NCBI GenBank assembly: GCA_035301305.1
Contig: DATGUO010000055.1
Location: forward strand, 23,779 to 87,778
Reading direction: 5' to 3'
DNA from: Pseudogracilibacillus sp.
GTDB lineage: Bacteria; Bacillota; Bacilli; Bacillales; Amphibacillaceae
DNA: 64,000 nucleotides
Notes under the pieces: generated by a model
The model's database searches: none
Told to the model about the DNA's origin: nothing
The model's input: the letters and a program-made list of their open reading frames with translations, nothing else
Program-made: the position numbers and the translations under genes
In this document: positions 1-10,433 of the stretch, one piece after another
Position numbering within the stretch: the first letter of the stretch is position 1
Layout: every line of letters begins with the position of its first letter

Positions 1-334
1 GTATTCTCAACTTAAAGTCGCTTTTTTAGGACTTTTATTCTATGATAGAAATACCAAACAACGAGGGTGAGGCTATTGAATATTATGACCGATTTTATCC
101 GGAATCATTTACTGACACCTGTGAACATCTCCGAAAAAAATACTGTTCCGAAAAATTCATCTCCAGCTGATTCTGACGAATTATTAACACAAGCGATGCA
201 TATCAATACAAGCGAAGGGAAGCTTAAAACGCCCTAACAGATAGTGCGAAAGAAGCCGGCTTGGTTGCTCCATTGTCTCTACGAATGAATCACAATGCGG
301 AACGTGGTTTACAAGCTTACAAAAGACGGGGACA

Positions 335-787
335 ATGCAAGATACAACAGTTGCAGACGCTGCTTTAGAATCAAATATTGAGACAGGTAATGCTGACAAT
401 AATCAGTACGACGCTTATATCCAAGAAACAGGGGACAAGCACAAAGTCGATCCAAATTTAATTCATTCGATTATTAAAATGGAATCAAATTATAATGCGG
501 GTACAAAGAGTCATGCTGGCGCTGCTGGATTGATGCAGCTCATACCGGACACAGCTAACAGTCTAGGCGTTTCAGGCATCTCGGATGCTAAACAAAATAT
601 TGATGCCGGCGTCCGTTATTTTAAAAATATGTTAAAGGAGCACAACGGCGACATCCCGATCGCATTAGCTGCTTACAATGCTGGTCCTGGAAACGTGAAG
701 AAGCATGACGGCATCCCCCCCCCTTTTCAAGAAACCGAGCAGTATGTTCATAAAGTGATGGATCATTACAATACTTTATCCACCTGA
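335..787 (+). CDS. Lytic transglycosylase, SLT-domain protein
   Basis: Translation carries SLT catalytic-region motifs (IIKMESNYN, AGAAGLMQL, AAYNAGPGNV, GIPPPFQET). There is no signal peptide and only a weak RBS at the ATG, so the 5' end is doubtful. Confidence 0.7.
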   Translation: MQDTTVADAALESNIETGNADNNQYDAYIQETGDKHKVDPNLIHSIIKMESNYNAGTKSHAGAAGLMQLIPDTANSLGVSGISDAKQNIDAGVRYFKNMLKEHNGDIPIALAAYNAGPGNVKKHDGIPPPFQETEQYVHKVMDHYNTLST

Positions 788-799
788 TTTGAAATCATT

Positions 800-834
800 C
801 CTGAACAAGATGGCATTTTGTTCAGGATTTTTTA
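800..834 (+). terminator. Intrinsic terminator after the SLT gene
   Basis: Stem cctgaacaa / ttgttcagg followed by a T-run. Confidence 0.6.
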
Positions 835-1010
835 AGGGCACAGCGCTTTTTTCATGATGCCACTTAGTGACAACGTCCCCATTCAGCAAAAGTGCATCTT
901 TGGATTTTCAAGTATAACGAAAACCATGAGTAGAACACCACACTAACCTTCCGAAGTTCCTTCTTGTATAAAAGTATTTCTTAAGATAATTGATTCTTCT
1001 TTTAATAAAC

Positions 1011-1054
1011 AAAAAAACAGGAATACCAATGATTAAAGATGGCATTCCTGTTTT
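1011..1054 (-). terminator. Intrinsic terminator after the M42 peptidase gene
   Basis: Stem caggaat(a)cc / gg(c)attcctg. The A7 run on the plus strand gives a U-tract on the minus strand. Confidence 0.55.
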
Positions 1055-1066
1055 GTATAGATGGAT

Positions 1067-2152
1067 TTACGATAAACGAATGGTTTCCATTGCAGATTGA
1101 TCGACTTGCTTGATAACTTCAACAATCAGTTTCACTGCATTTTCAAAATCGTCGCGGTGTAAAATTGCAGCATGAGAATGGATGTAACGCGTTGCAACAG
1201 TAATCGACAATGCTGGTACGCCATCTGCTGTTAAGTGGATGGAACCTGAATCTGTTCCTCCGCCAGCCATTGTTGAGTATTGAAACGGGATATCCTTTTC
1301 TTTAGCTGTTTCAACAACTAAATCGCGAACGCCTTTATGTGAAATCATCGATGCATCATAGAGAATCACTTGCGGTCCTTCTCCGAGTTTGCTTTCTGCT
1401 TCTTTATCACTAATTCCTGGCGTGTCGCCTGCTATGCCAACATCGACACCAAAAGCTAAATCCGGTTGTATGAAATGAGCAGACGTTTTCGCGCCGCGTA
1501 AGCCAACTTCTTCTTGAACAGTCCCTACACCATACACCGTGTTGGGATGTGCTTCATTTTGCAATTGTTTTAACACTTCAATCGCAATTGCACAGCCAAT
1601 TCGGTTGTCCCAAGCTTTCGCTAATAACATCTTTTCGTTTTTTAATGGGGTGAATTCAAAATAAGGAACAATGGAGTCCCCTGGTTCAACACCAAATTCT
1701 TCTGCTTCCTCTTTACTGGAAGCTCCAACATCGATAAACATATCTTTAATGTCAACCGGTTTTTTGCGTGCTTCCGGGCTTAGGATATGTGGTGGTTTAG
1801 AGCCGATAACCCCTGTGATGTCGCCTTCCTTTGTTGTAATAGTGACTCGTTGAGCAAGCATTACCTGGCTCCACCAGCCGCCGATCGTTTGAAAATAAAT
1901 AAAGCCATTTTCATCGATACGCGTTACCATAAAACCTACTTCATCCAAATGCCCTGCTACCATAATTTTCGGACCTTCTGCATCGCCGATTTTTTTAGCG
2001 ACTAAACTTCCTAAATGATCCGTCTCTACTTCGTCTGCCACAGGCGTTATATATTTTTCCATAACTTCTCGCGCTTCTTTTTCATTTCCTGAAATGGCAC
2101 GAGCGTCTGTTAAATCTTTTAACATGGTTAATGTTTCGTCGTTTTTTGTCAT
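1067..2152 (-). CDS. ysdC: M42 family glutamyl aminopeptidase (YsdC-like)
   Basis: 361 aa with typical M42 sequence ([33 protein letters not shown]). RBS aaaggagag is present. Its position next to the rplT operon matches B. subtilis. Confidence 0.85.
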   Translation of the reverse strand: MTKNDETLTMLKDLTDARAISGNEKEAREVMEKYITPVADEVETDHLGSLVAKKIGDAEGPKIMVAGHLDEVGFMVTRIDENGFIYFQTIGGWWSQVMLAQRVTITTKEGDITGVIGSKPPHILSPEARKKPVDIKDMFIDVGASSKEEAEEFGVEPGDSIVPYFEFTPLKNEKMLLAKAWDNRIGCAIAIEVLKQLQNEAHPNTVYGVGTVQEEVGLRGAKTSAHFIQPDLAFGVDVGIAGDTPGISDKEAESKLGEGPQVILYDASMISHKGVRDLVVETAKEKDIPFQYSTMAGGGTDSGSIHLTADGVPALSITVATRYIHSHAAILHRDDFENAVKLIVEVIKQVDQSAMETIRLS

Positions 2153-2167
2153 CGCTATTTCTCTCCT

Positions 2168-2659
2168 TTAATAACCAGTTTGTTGGCGTTCATAGTTCAC
2201 TTCGTTTTTATCATAATAAGCTTGTTTTAAGTCGTGCTCAGAAAAGCCTAATAATTGGCCTAGTTGCAGGTAAGCTTTAAATAATGCCAAATAGTTTGCT
2301 TTCGTTTGATCAGAATAAAAAGCGACACAAAGAGTGTATAAATGATTAAATGCTGCTGTTTCTGATACATCTGCTTCGAACGGTGCCACCTCTATTTCAG
2401 AGAATGCATATCCTTTTTCTAAACCTAATGACAATAGAAAATGAATATTGTCCACATACTCCTCTAAAATAACGTTTTTCTCCGATTTTTCCTTTGTACT
2501 CCAAAATTTAAAACAACGTGTTTCGTTCGCTAATTCCCCTAATTCAACTAATAAAGCCAGATATTTTTTATCAAATACATGATCTGCACTTAACTGTTGA
2601 TTATCTAATATGTACGTATCGAGCTGTTGCTGCATGGAAAATAGTGTATCCCACTTCAT
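2168..2659 (-). CDS. Dimeric (all-alpha) dUTPase-like protein, dUTPase_2 family
   Basis: 163 aa. The N-terminal pattern LFxMQQQLDxYI ... ELGELANETRCFKFWS is recalled from dimeric dUTPase-family proteins of Firmicutes. This is not HMM-verified. Confidence 0.55.
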   Translation of the reverse strand: MKWDTLFSMQQQLDTYILDNQQLSADHVFDKKYLALLVELGELANETRCFKFWSTKEKSEKNVILEEYVDNIHFLLSLGLEKGYAFSEIEVAPFEADVSETAAFNHLYTLCVAFYSDQTKANYLALFKAYLQLGQLLGFSEHDLKQAYYDKNEVNYERQQTGY

Positions 2660-3018
2660 CCCTGACTGCCCCCTATCCTGTTATATTGTAGCATGAAGAA
2701 AGCGCTTTTTTCTAGTTATTTGCATCCGATGCTTTTGTTGCTCTGATTCCTTGAAATGAACGAAAGACAGTAAAAATTGTATCTACCTGTGCAAGTAGCA
2801 GTTGGTGCAGCAGTTCCGCTTTATAATTAAGTTATATATGCTTATATAATAATAGCCTTGGATTTTTTAATCTTTAAGGACGGAGAACTTCATTGCGTTT
2901 AATCTGGAGGAAAGCTGACAAGTTTTTCTCACTGCTATAGAACACTTACATGTCGTCAAAATTCTTCTAGCAGATGGACGAGTGCGATTATGTAATAAGA
3001 TTTATACTTTTCTGCCAT

Positions 3019-3054
3019 AAAAAAAAGACTAAACCCATGAAGAGGATTTAGTCT
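3019..3054 (-). terminator. rplT operon terminator
   Basis: Stem agactaaa / tttagtct. The A8 run on the plus strand gives a U-tract on the minus strand. Confidence 0.7.
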
Positions 3055-3062
3055 TCTATTAC

Positions 3063-3419
3063 TTATTTAACTGCAGCTTTTGCTTGATCTGCTAATTGAG
3101 TAAATGCTTGTTCATCATTTACTGCTAAATCTGCCAGCATTTTACGATTTACATCTACACCAGCAACTTTTAGCCCGTGCATTAATTGACTGTAAGAAAT
3201 GTCATTTAAACGCGCAGCCGCATTGATACGTGCGATCCATAATTTACGGAAATCGCGCTTTCTTTGACGACGGTCACGGTATGCAAATTGACCTGATTTT
3301 GTTACTTGCTGTTTTGCTGTTTTAAATAAGGTGCGTTTTCCACCATAATATCCTTTTGCTGCTTTCAATACACGTTTACGACGTGCACGTGTAACTGTTC
3401 CACCTTTTACTCGTGGCAT
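3063..3419 (-). CDS. rplT: 50S ribosomal protein L20
   Basis: 118 aa, MPRVKGG...ARRKR... is canonical L20. Operon context is infC-rpmI-rplT. Confidence 0.97.
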   Translation of the reverse strand: MPRVKGGTVTRARRKRVLKAAKGYYGGKRTLFKTAKQQVTKSGQFAYRDRRQRKRDFRKLWIARINAAARLNDISYSQLMHGLKVAGVDVNRKMLADLAVNDEQAFTQLADQAKAAVK

Positions 3420-3455
3420 TGTAATACCCTCCTATAAGTCCTTTATACTTGTTTT

Positions 3456-3650
3456 TTATCTTGGTAACATTGGATCGATACGTTTCATATCGCTATTAGA
3501 AACAATAGATCTTTTACGCAATTTACGTTTTTGTTTTTGCGATTTATTTGCGAAAAGGTGACTTGTGTACGCTTGAGAACGGCGAAGTTTTCCTTTAGCT
3601 GTTCTTTTGAAACGTTTTGCTGAACCTCTATGTGTCTTCATTTTTGGCAT
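3456..3650 (-). CDS. rpmI: 50S ribosomal protein L35
   Basis: 64 aa, [15 protein letters not shown] is canonical L35. Confidence 0.97.
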   Translation of the reverse strand: MPKMKTHRGSAKRFKRTAKGKLRRSQAYTSHLFANKSQKQKRKLRKRSIVSNSDMKRIDPMLPR

Positions 3651-3682
3651 GACTCAATTTTCCTCCTTCAAACTTTTAAAAA

Positions 3683-4198
3683 TTATTTATCACTAACTGG
3701 AGCAAGCATCATAAACATTTGACGACCTTCCATTTTAGCTTTGGATTCCACTGTAGCAACATCTTTCAGTTCGTCAGCCAGTCTATTTAATACTTCTCTT
3801 CCTAAATCTTTATGGGTGATAGCACGCCCTCTAAAACGGACAGATGCTTTAACTTTATCCCCTTTTTCAAGAAACTTATGCGCTTGTTTTAATTTTGTGT
3901 TAAAGTCGTGCTCTCCAATCCCTGGTGAGAAACGAACTTCTTTCACATTAATGACACGTTGCTTTTTGCGTGCTTCTTTTTCTTTCTTTTGCTGCTCAAA
4001 TCGATATTTTCCATAATCCATAATACGACATACTGGTGGTTTAGCACCAGGAGCAACTAACACTAAGTCCAATTCACGTGTTTGAGCAATTTGCAATGCT
4101 TCATTACGAGATTTCACTCCTAATTGATCTCCGTTCGAGTCAATCAGGCGGACTTCTTTGGCGCGAATCGTTTCATTGACATTCATTTCCTTGCTAAT
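3683..4198 (-). CDS. infC: Translation initiation factor IF-3
   Basis: IF-3 sequence (EVRLID..., [12 protein letters not shown]). I extend the start 12 nt beyond the listed ATG to an in-frame ATT at 4198-4196. That ATT sits 6 nt after the RBS GGAGGTGG, and a non-canonical AUU start is classical for infC. Confidence 0.93.
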   Translation of the reverse strand: MSKEMNVNETIRAKEVRLIDSNGDQLGVKSRNEALQIAQTRELDLVLVAPGAKPPVCRIMDYGKYRFEQQKKEKEARKKQRVINVKEVRFSPGIGEHDFNTKLKQAHKFLEKGDKVKASVRFRGRAITHKDLGREVLNRLADELKDVATVESKAKMEGRQMFMMLAPVSDK

Positions 4199-4213
4199 AT
4201 CTAGCCACCTCCG

Positions 4214-4408
4214 TAAAGTAATTGATCATAAAAGACAAGGTAATGAGCTTTTTAAAACAATAAAAAATGTGGGCACACGTATGCACCCACATATCTCTCT
4301 CTAATTCGGAAAGTATTGCTAACCAGCCAACAGCCTTATAAGCGTCAGTCAGGTGAGAAGCGGGTGCTCCTGCTTGTCAATAGATCTTATTTATTTAATT
4401 GATTCACA
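4214..4408 (-). promoter_or_regulatory. infC-rpmI-rplT leader with internal attenuator (L20-leader type)
   Basis: A ~190 nt 5' UTR contains a strong hairpin on the minus strand (tgtgggtgca/tgtgcccaca, 4262-4292) followed by T6. This fits the L20-dependent attenuation known for Firmicute infC operons. The Rfam fold was not checked. Confidence 0.55.
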
Positions 4409-4414
4409 ACTACT

Positions 4415-4443
4415 AGAATAGCACAGTGTTTCTTATTTGTCAA
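4415..4443 (-). promoter_or_regulatory. SigA-type promoter of the infC operon
   Basis: On the minus strand: TTGACA, a 17-nt spacer, then TATTCT. Confidence 0.45.
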
Positions 4444-4600
4444 AGAGTTTTAGAATTTCTTCTTCATACAGTGTGTATTTCCATCTCATATCGTACCATT
4501 ATTTTATCATCATAACAAAACAAACAAGACAAAAGTTGATAATCCGAATGCGAGGAGTTTTTGCTCGATAAGGTGCTCCGCTGGACAACCAGAGAAGGAT

Positions 4601-4885
4601 GAACAAAGATAGTGACCGCATTTCCGAAAAATCTCGAATCAGCGGAACTATCCTTAAAAATAATGACCGTCCTTCCAGAAAAACACGAAACAGAGACACA
4701 ATCAATAAAGATAATACCTGCATTTCCGAAAAAACACGAATCAGCGGAACAATCCTTAAAGATAGCGACCGTCATTCCAGAAAAACACGAAACAGAGACA
4801 TAATCAATAAAGATTGTGCCCGCATTTCAGAAAAAACACGAATCAGCGGAACAATGAACAAAATAATGCCCGACTGATCGGAACA
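4601..4885. repeat. Tandem array of about 5.5 copies of a ~51-nt unit, with alternating variants giving a ~102-nt higher-order period
   Basis: Units start at 4601, 4645, 4698, 4747, 4800 and 4849. The by-eye consensus is gaacaatcMWtaaagataRtgaccgYcatttccRgaaaaacacgaaWcagMg. Confidence 0.9.
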
Positions 4886-5031
4886 AACTATCGCCTGCTG
4901 TTGTGCGCGTGGAAATCTCTTCTCCCTAGCCGACATCTTCCTAATTCCACGTTTATACACAAAAATTGTATGCAAACATTACGATGCTTCAGCAGCGTGT
5001 CTTCAAACTTTTCATTCTAATCAGTAATTTA

Positions 5032-6972
5032 CTAAGCTTGTTTGCTTTTTGTTTCAATATCCGCGGAGATCTCTTCTAAAAATGCTGATAATGTAATTGT
5101 TTCCGTTTCTTTTTGACTGTATTTCCGTACGTTCACACTCTCATTTTCCATCTCCTGATCACCCAGGACGAGTGAATAAGGTGTTTTGTTCGTTTGCGCT
5201 TCGCGGATTTTATACCCGATTTTTTCATCACGAACGTCAACGTGAACGCGAATCCCTTGCTGCTTCAATGCTTCGGCTACGTCTGCTGCATACCCGGCGT
5301 GGGCTGTTGGCGAAACTGGAATAATTTCCACTTGGACAGGGGCAAGCCAAGTTGGAAACGCACCTTTGTATTCTTCAATTAAATATGCGACAAAGCGCTC
5401 CATCGTGGAAACGACTCCGCGATGAATCACTACTGGACGGTGATGCTGGCCGTCTTCTCCAATATAGGATAAGTCAAAACGCTCTGGTAATTGATAATCC
5501 AATTGTACCGTAGATAATGTTTCGTCGTGCCCCAATGCCGTTTTAACTTGCACATCCAATTTTGGTCCGTAAAATGCTGCTTCTCCAACGGCTTCGACAT
5601 ACGGCAGTTCTAAATCGTCCATGGTGTCTTTTAACGCTTTTTCCGCTACCTCCCACATCTCATCATTATCAATAAACTTCTCTTTATCTTCCGGGTCCCG
5701 GTACGATAACCGGAAATAATAATCGGTAATATTAAAATCTTCATACACTTTTTCGATTAATTTCACCACACGGGTAAATTCATCTTTAATCTGATCTGGT
5801 CGTGCAAATATATGAGCATCATTTAATGTCATACTGCGTACACGCTGTAATCCGGCCAATGCGCCTGACATTTCATGACGGTGCATCATCCCTAATTCGG
5901 CAATTCGCACCGGCATCTGACGATAACTGTATAAATTATTCTTGTAAATCATCATATGATGCGGGCAGTTCATCGGGCGTAAAAACAGCTCTTCATTTTC
6001 CATTTTCATGGACGGGAACATATCATCAGAATAGTGGTCATAATGACCGCTTGTTTTATACAGGTCTGCACTCCCAAGAATAGGCGTATACACATGGTCA
6101 TATCCCATTTTTTCTTCCAAATCTACAATATAACGTTCAATCGTGCGACGAATTGTTGCTCCGTTTGGCAGCCAAATTGGCAGTCCTTGGCCAACTTCCT
6201 GGGAAACGGTGAAAAGATCTAATTCTTTTCCTAATTTACGATGGTCCCGTTCTTTACGTTCTTCCAGCAGTTTCAAATAATCTTTCAGCTCTTTTTCTTT
6301 TTCAAAAACGGTACCGTACACTCGCTGCAATTGCTTATTCTGGCTGTCTCCTCGCCAGTATGCACCAGAAATACTGAGCAGTTTGAAAGCTTTAATTTTA
6401 CTTGTCGAAGGAACATGAACGCCACGGCATAAATCAAAAAATTCGCCTTGTTCATAAATAGAAACGGTTTCCCCTTCCGGAATATCGTCGATTAATTCTA
6501 ATTTTAAGTCATCGCCTATCTCAGAAAACAGGCGCTTCGCTTCTTCACGGGATACTTCTTTACGAACAATTTCCAAGTTTTCATCAATAATGCGCTGCAT
6601 TTCTTTTTCAATTTTTGGTAAATCTTCCGGTGTAATGGTTTCATCCATGTCGATGTCATAGTAAAAACCTTCTTCAATCACAGGACCTACGCCGAATTTT
6701 ACATGAGGGTACAAACGCTTAATAGCTTGAGCCATCAAGTGTGCAGTCGAATGGCGCATAATATCAATACCTTCTTGATCACGGTACGTAATTATCGAAA
6801 TCATTCCATCCTGATGCAAGGGTGTTTTTAAATCAGTTAATTCTTCATTTAACTGAATAGCTACTGCCTGCTTTCTTAAACCTGGCGAAATCGAATGCGC
6901 GATTTCTTCTCCTGTAATGCCATCTTCAAATGCTTTTTCATTTCCATCCGGGAAAGTAATTTGAACCATCAT
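5032..6972 (-). CDS. thrS: Threonyl-tRNA synthetase
   Basis: 646 aa with TGS, editing and class II core motifs ([23 protein letters not shown]). It is preceded by a Thr T-box. Confidence 0.97.
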   Translation of the reverse strand: MMVQITFPDGNEKAFEDGITGEEIAHSISPGLRKQAVAIQLNEELTDLKTPLHQDGMISIITYRDQEGIDIMRHSTAHLMAQAIKRLYPHVKFGVGPVIEEGFYYDIDMDETITPEDLPKIEKEMQRIIDENLEIVRKEVSREEAKRLFSEIGDDLKLELIDDIPEGETVSIYEQGEFFDLCRGVHVPSTSKIKAFKLLSISGAYWRGDSQNKQLQRVYGTVFEKEKELKDYLKLLEERKERDHRKLGKELDLFTVSQEVGQGLPIWLPNGATIRRTIERYIVDLEEKMGYDHVYTPILGSADLYKTSGHYDHYSDDMFPSMKMENEELFLRPMNCPHHMMIYKNNLYSYRQMPVRIAELGMMHRHEMSGALAGLQRVRSMTLNDAHIFARPDQIKDEFTRVVKLIEKVYEDFNITDYYFRLSYRDPEDKEKFIDNDEMWEVAEKALKDTMDDLELPYVEAVGEAAFYGPKLDVQVKTALGHDETLSTVQLDYQLPERFDLSYIGEDGQHHRPVVIHRGVVSTMERFVAYLIEEYKGAFPTWLAPVQVEIIPVSPTAHAGYAADVAEALKQQGIRVHVDVRDEKIGYKIREAQTNKTPYSLVLGDQEMENESVNVRKYSQKETETITLSAFLEEISADIETKSKQA

Positions 6973-7089
6973 AGTCAGCTCCTTTATTTATAAATAGAAT
7001 ATAGACAACTTGGTAATCGTCAAGTCTTTGTAACGGAAATCTTAGTTTTATTTATGCCGGAAGAAAGGCGATGGACTTACTTATCCGAC

Positions 7090-7300
7090 AAAAAAACACT
7101 CATCCCTAAACAAAAGGGACGAGTGCTTACACGTGGTTCCACCCTCATTTTCAACAAAATGATTGACTTCATGACTCTGTAACGTGAGCGAAACGTCTTT
7201 ATGTACTATTTTCCATAAAGAGGCTCCAAGGTGGTAATTATATAGCATTCCGATAGAAGCTTCCAGCCAGCGACTTCCTTCTCTAGTTTCTTATAGCTAT
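7090..7300 (-). promoter_or_regulatory. T-box riboswitch leader with threonine specifier ACC
   Basis: All on the minus strand: an AGAGA-type box (aactagagaagg), the specifier context aattACCa (7233-7235), the T-box sequence aatgagGGTGGaACCaCGtg (7130-7149), and a terminator cactcgtccct/agggatgagtg plus T7 (7090-7124). Confidence 0.85.
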
Positions 7301-7381
7301 ATAATATTGTCCTTATCAACACCATTTTATATCGTACTTAAAAGCATATCAATTTTCAGATGACTTTTAAAGCAATATGAT

Positions 7382-8311
7382 TTATTGCCGCTTGTTTTCC
7401 CCATCTATAAGAATTTCTGAACTGACTTGCTTAATCCGTTCCATAATCCGGCCTGCTTTTACTTCCTCAATGCCGCCTTTGGAAGTGGACGATAAAATAG
7501 TTTCCAATTGGTCCATTGTATAATTCGAAGTGAAGAACACAGGCAGCCGTTCCATCATACGATACTGTAAAATAGAACCTAAAACTTCGTCCCGAAACCA
7601 TGCCGAAAATGTCTCCGCGCCTATATCGTCCAGCATGAGCACATCTGCTTGTTTAAACATGTCGATTTTGTCTTGTACGGTATTTGTCTTAATCGCTTCC
7701 CGCATTTCCCCGACAAACTCAGGCATGTAAATCAACCGTGAGGAAATATTGAATTCCTGCAGGCGATTAGCTACCGCACCTAATAAATATGTTTTTCCAA
7801 TGCCGAATGGTCCGGCTAAATAAATACCTTTTTCGGGTACATTCGCTTGTGCCTCATCCAAGAAAGCAGTAATCGCTTTAAGGACTTCTACACGATGAGC
7901 ATCTACATCGATGTCATCCATCCGTGCTTTTAAAATTTCTTTCGGCATATAGAAACTGGCAATTAAATTCTCTTCCTGCTCTTGCTTTTCGTATTGAATA
8001 TGATTATGGCATTTCTCATAAGAAATATGAATCTCGTCATGAAAAACACTTAATACAGGAGAATAACCTTTCACCATATTGATACAGCTTCCATAACTTT
8101 TGCATTTGGAACATTGAATAGACTGAGTTGTATACTCATACAAACGATTTAAACTTTTATCAATTTCTTTTGATGTTATTTCTGGATGTTCTTGCAAAAA
8201 AGCATGAATATCAGGATGATTCATCAACTCTTGCTTCATCTGTTGATGACGTGCTTGAAAATCTCCATTCTCTTCTATCCATCTTTTTAAAGACGATTGA
8301 ATTGGTTTCAT
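7382..8311 (-). CDS. dnaI: Primosomal helicase loader DnaI
   Basis: 309 aa with an N-terminal Zn-binding-type Cys cluster and an AAA+ Walker A (GPFGIGKTYL). Synteny is dnaB-dnaI. Confidence 0.9.
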   Translation of the reverse strand: MKPIQSSLKRWIEENGDFQARHQQMKQELMNHPDIHAFLQEHPEITSKEIDKSLNRLYEYTTQSIQCSKCKSYGSCINMVKGYSPVLSVFHDEIHISYEKCHNHIQYEKQEQEENLIASFYMPKEILKARMDDIDVDAHRVEVLKAITAFLDEAQANVPEKGIYLAGPFGIGKTYLLGAVANRLQEFNISSRLIYMPEFVGEMREAIKTNTVQDKIDMFKQADVLMLDDIGAETFSAWFRDEVLGSILQYRMMERLPVFFTSNYTMDQLETILSSTSKGGIEEVKAGRIMERIKQVSSEILIDGENKRQ

Positions 8312-8333
8312 AGGTACCTCCTTTCACGTCGCA

Positions 8334-9683
8334 TTATTTCTTAGAAGTATGACGTTTCAATAACGACTCCAGTTCTTGTAAATCCTTATCTGCTAAATCA
8401 TTTTGCTTTTCCTTATTATCCGCTTTTGCTGGTTGCGGTTTTGTCTTCCGATTTTTAAACCAATCTGGAATTACTTCTTGAGAGCTCGGCTGTTTTGACC
8501 GTGCGGCCGGTTTCTTATTCGCTTTCTTTTGTTGCTGGTTGGCTACATGATCCATCGCTTGCTTGGCAGTCGTATATCCTAAGCGGGACCAGTGACTGAC
8601 AATCGTTTCCAAGTACCGTTTGGACAATTGATGATTCGATTGTAACATGACATAATGAATAGCTACATTTAAAACAGCATTGGACACGTTTTGTCTCGTC
8701 GCTATCTCAGAAACAATATCGATATCCTGCTCCGATGCATTATTTCCATTCGACATATCTTCCAGTAATTCTTTTGGAGTAATTGTCTCAAAATGCTGAA
8801 TTAATTCTTCTGTTTTTGTTCTCGGTTTGTTTTGTTGTGGCGCAGCTTGTGCGGGGCTCGCTTGCTGTGTAGTCGTTTCTGTTTGCGGCGGCACATTTTC
8901 TTTCTTAGCAAAGAAGTCTTGGCAAGCTGCTTTAAATTGCGCAATATCCACTTCATTTTCATCAGTCAAAGCCCACATTAAAGCTTTTTCAATCTCATCT
9001 AGCTCTAGATCATACATGACTGCAAGTTGATTGATCATTCGCTGATTTGTCTCGGTCAACACTTTATCGACAGGTATCATACTTTTCGTTAATGCTTGAG
9101 ACAGCAGTGAAAAGTCAATGGATTGGATGGGGACGCCTGGTGTTTGCTGTTCAGGTACTGGTGTAATTTTAATTTCTCCATCCGGGGTAAATGGCTGAAA
9201 CACATCATTAAAAGCAACTGTAATATTTTCCCCTTTTTCTAAAACAGGGGTTTCTTTATAATGCGCTTTAAGTGTATCAAATTTTGTTTTGCCGATTTGT
9301 CTATACAATAACTCGGCAAGCATTAAATCTCCAAAAAATGCAGCAGGACGAAACGGCGGCAGGAGTACATACGTAAATATTGTTTTATCTTCTCCGTCCT
9401 TTTTAAATGTTTGGAGCAATCCAATCGCTTCCAACTTTACCCTGGCTTCATAAATCTGATCCAGCGACTGGTTTAAATAATTCATCAAATGATGATGGGC
9501 TTGCAGATGCACTTCTTTTGATAAAGGCTCTTCTTGTAAAAGGAGTTGATACAACTGAATTGCGTTAATCCCGACCAGGGGCTGGTATAAATGAATAAGT
9601 GCAGCTAAATAATCGGCTGGTACACTTGCATTCATTTCCACTTGATAACCATCTATTGGTAAAATTTTCCCTAGATATTGCAC
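8334..9683 (-). CDS. dnaB: Replication initiation/membrane attachment protein DnaB (Bacillus type)
   Basis: 449 aa with a GTG start 9 nt after AAGGAG. Its position between nrdR and dnaI matches B. subtilis, and it has a Q/P-rich linker. Confidence 0.8.
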   Translation of the reverse strand: MQYLGKILPIDGYQVEMNASVPADYLAALIHLYQPLVGINAIQLYQLLLQEEPLSKEVHLQAHHHLMNYLNQSLDQIYEARVKLEAIGLLQTFKKDGEDKTIFTYVLLPPFRPAAFFGDLMLAELLYRQIGKTKFDTLKAHYKETPVLEKGENITVAFNDVFQPFTPDGEIKITPVPEQQTPGVPIQSIDFSLLSQALTKSMIPVDKVLTETNQRMINQLAVMYDLELDEIEKALMWALTDENEVDIAQFKAACQDFFAKKENVPPQTETTTQQASPAQAAPQQNKPRTKTEELIQHFETITPKELLEDMSNGNNASEQDIDIVSEIATRQNVSNAVLNVAIHYVMLQSNHQLSKRYLETIVSHWSRLGYTTAKQAMDHVANQQQKKANKKPAARSKQPSSQEVIPDWFKNRKTKPQPAKADNKEKQNDLADKDLQELESLLKRHTSKK

Positions 9684-9707
9684 CTTTTACATCTCCTTTT
9701 CGCTGCA

Positions 9708-10169
9708 TCACTCTTTTTTCGATTGCAATATTTCCTTTAATTCATCTAAAAATCCGGTAATATTATCAAAGTCTCTGTACACAGAGGCAAAACGAACATA
9801 AGCCAGTTCATCCACTTCGGACAAGCGTTCCAGCACCATTTCGCCGATGGCCTTACTTGCAATTTCCGGTTGTTCCGAATTACGTATTTCCTGTTCTACT
9901 TCAATGGCGATTTGCTCGATTTCTTCAATGGTAACAGGCCGTTTCTCACACGCACGCATTAAACCGCGAATGAGTTTATCCCGGTTGAATTCCTGTCTTG
10001 TCTCATCTTTCTTTACAATAATCAATGGTGCTTCTTCTTTCTTTTCAAACGTTTTAAAACGAAAACCACAACGATCGCACTCTCTGCGTCTGCGAATCGC
10101 ATCACCGTCTTCAAAGGGCCGCGAATCTAATACACGTGAATTCGTATGATTGCATTTTGGACACTTCAT
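9708..10169 (-). CDS. nrdR: Transcriptional repressor NrdR
   Basis: MKCPKCNH...CxxC zinc ribbon plus an ATP-cone. The start is set at the internal ATG 10169, preceded by GAGGTGGA. The listed upstream start has no RBS. Confidence 0.92.
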   Translation of the reverse strand: MKCPKCNHTNSRVLDSRPFEDGDAIRRRRECDRCGFRFKTFEKKEEAPLIIVKKDETRQEFNRDKLIRGLMRACEKRPVTIEEIEQIAIEVEQEIRNSEQPEIASKAIGEMVLERLSEVDELAYVRFASVYRDFDNITGFLDELKEILQSKKE

Positions 10170-10433
10170 TCTTTCCACCTCTGTTTTTAATTTCATCCGT
10201 TTTGTTAATCTATCTTCATTTTAGCATGTTTTCCTCGAATTCCATAATGAATAAAAAATAGTTTACTCCCTATTGTAAAATTCGGCAAACATTATTCTAA
10301 AACAGCACGTCCTTTCTTACAATGCTGAGATAATATTTTCACCAGGACAATATAAACGAGTGGAATCGTACAGTAATCCTATTTTATTCTTATATGTACA
10401 ATTTCCTTAACGACCTCTTTTAGATGCCTTGTA

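Noticed and set aside
4645-4800. DnaA-box or parS-like sequences inside the repeat units (tatccttaa, acacgaaaca).
   Set aside because: The matches are only partial (about 6 of 9 to TTATCCACA), and the parS palindrome is incomplete. That is not enough to claim either site.
4601-4885. Possible CRISPR array.
   Set aside because: The units are contiguous with no unique spacers. They are ~51 nt and degenerate, and no cas genes or leader are present.
4464-5020. Six overlapping listed ORFs (63-103 aa, both strands) across the thrS-infC spacer.
   Set aside because: They exist only because the ~51-nt tandem unit is a multiple of 3 and lacks stop codons. Their translations are repetitive and mutually overlapping, and no usable RBS is present (the AGAAGG directly abuts the ATG at 4599).
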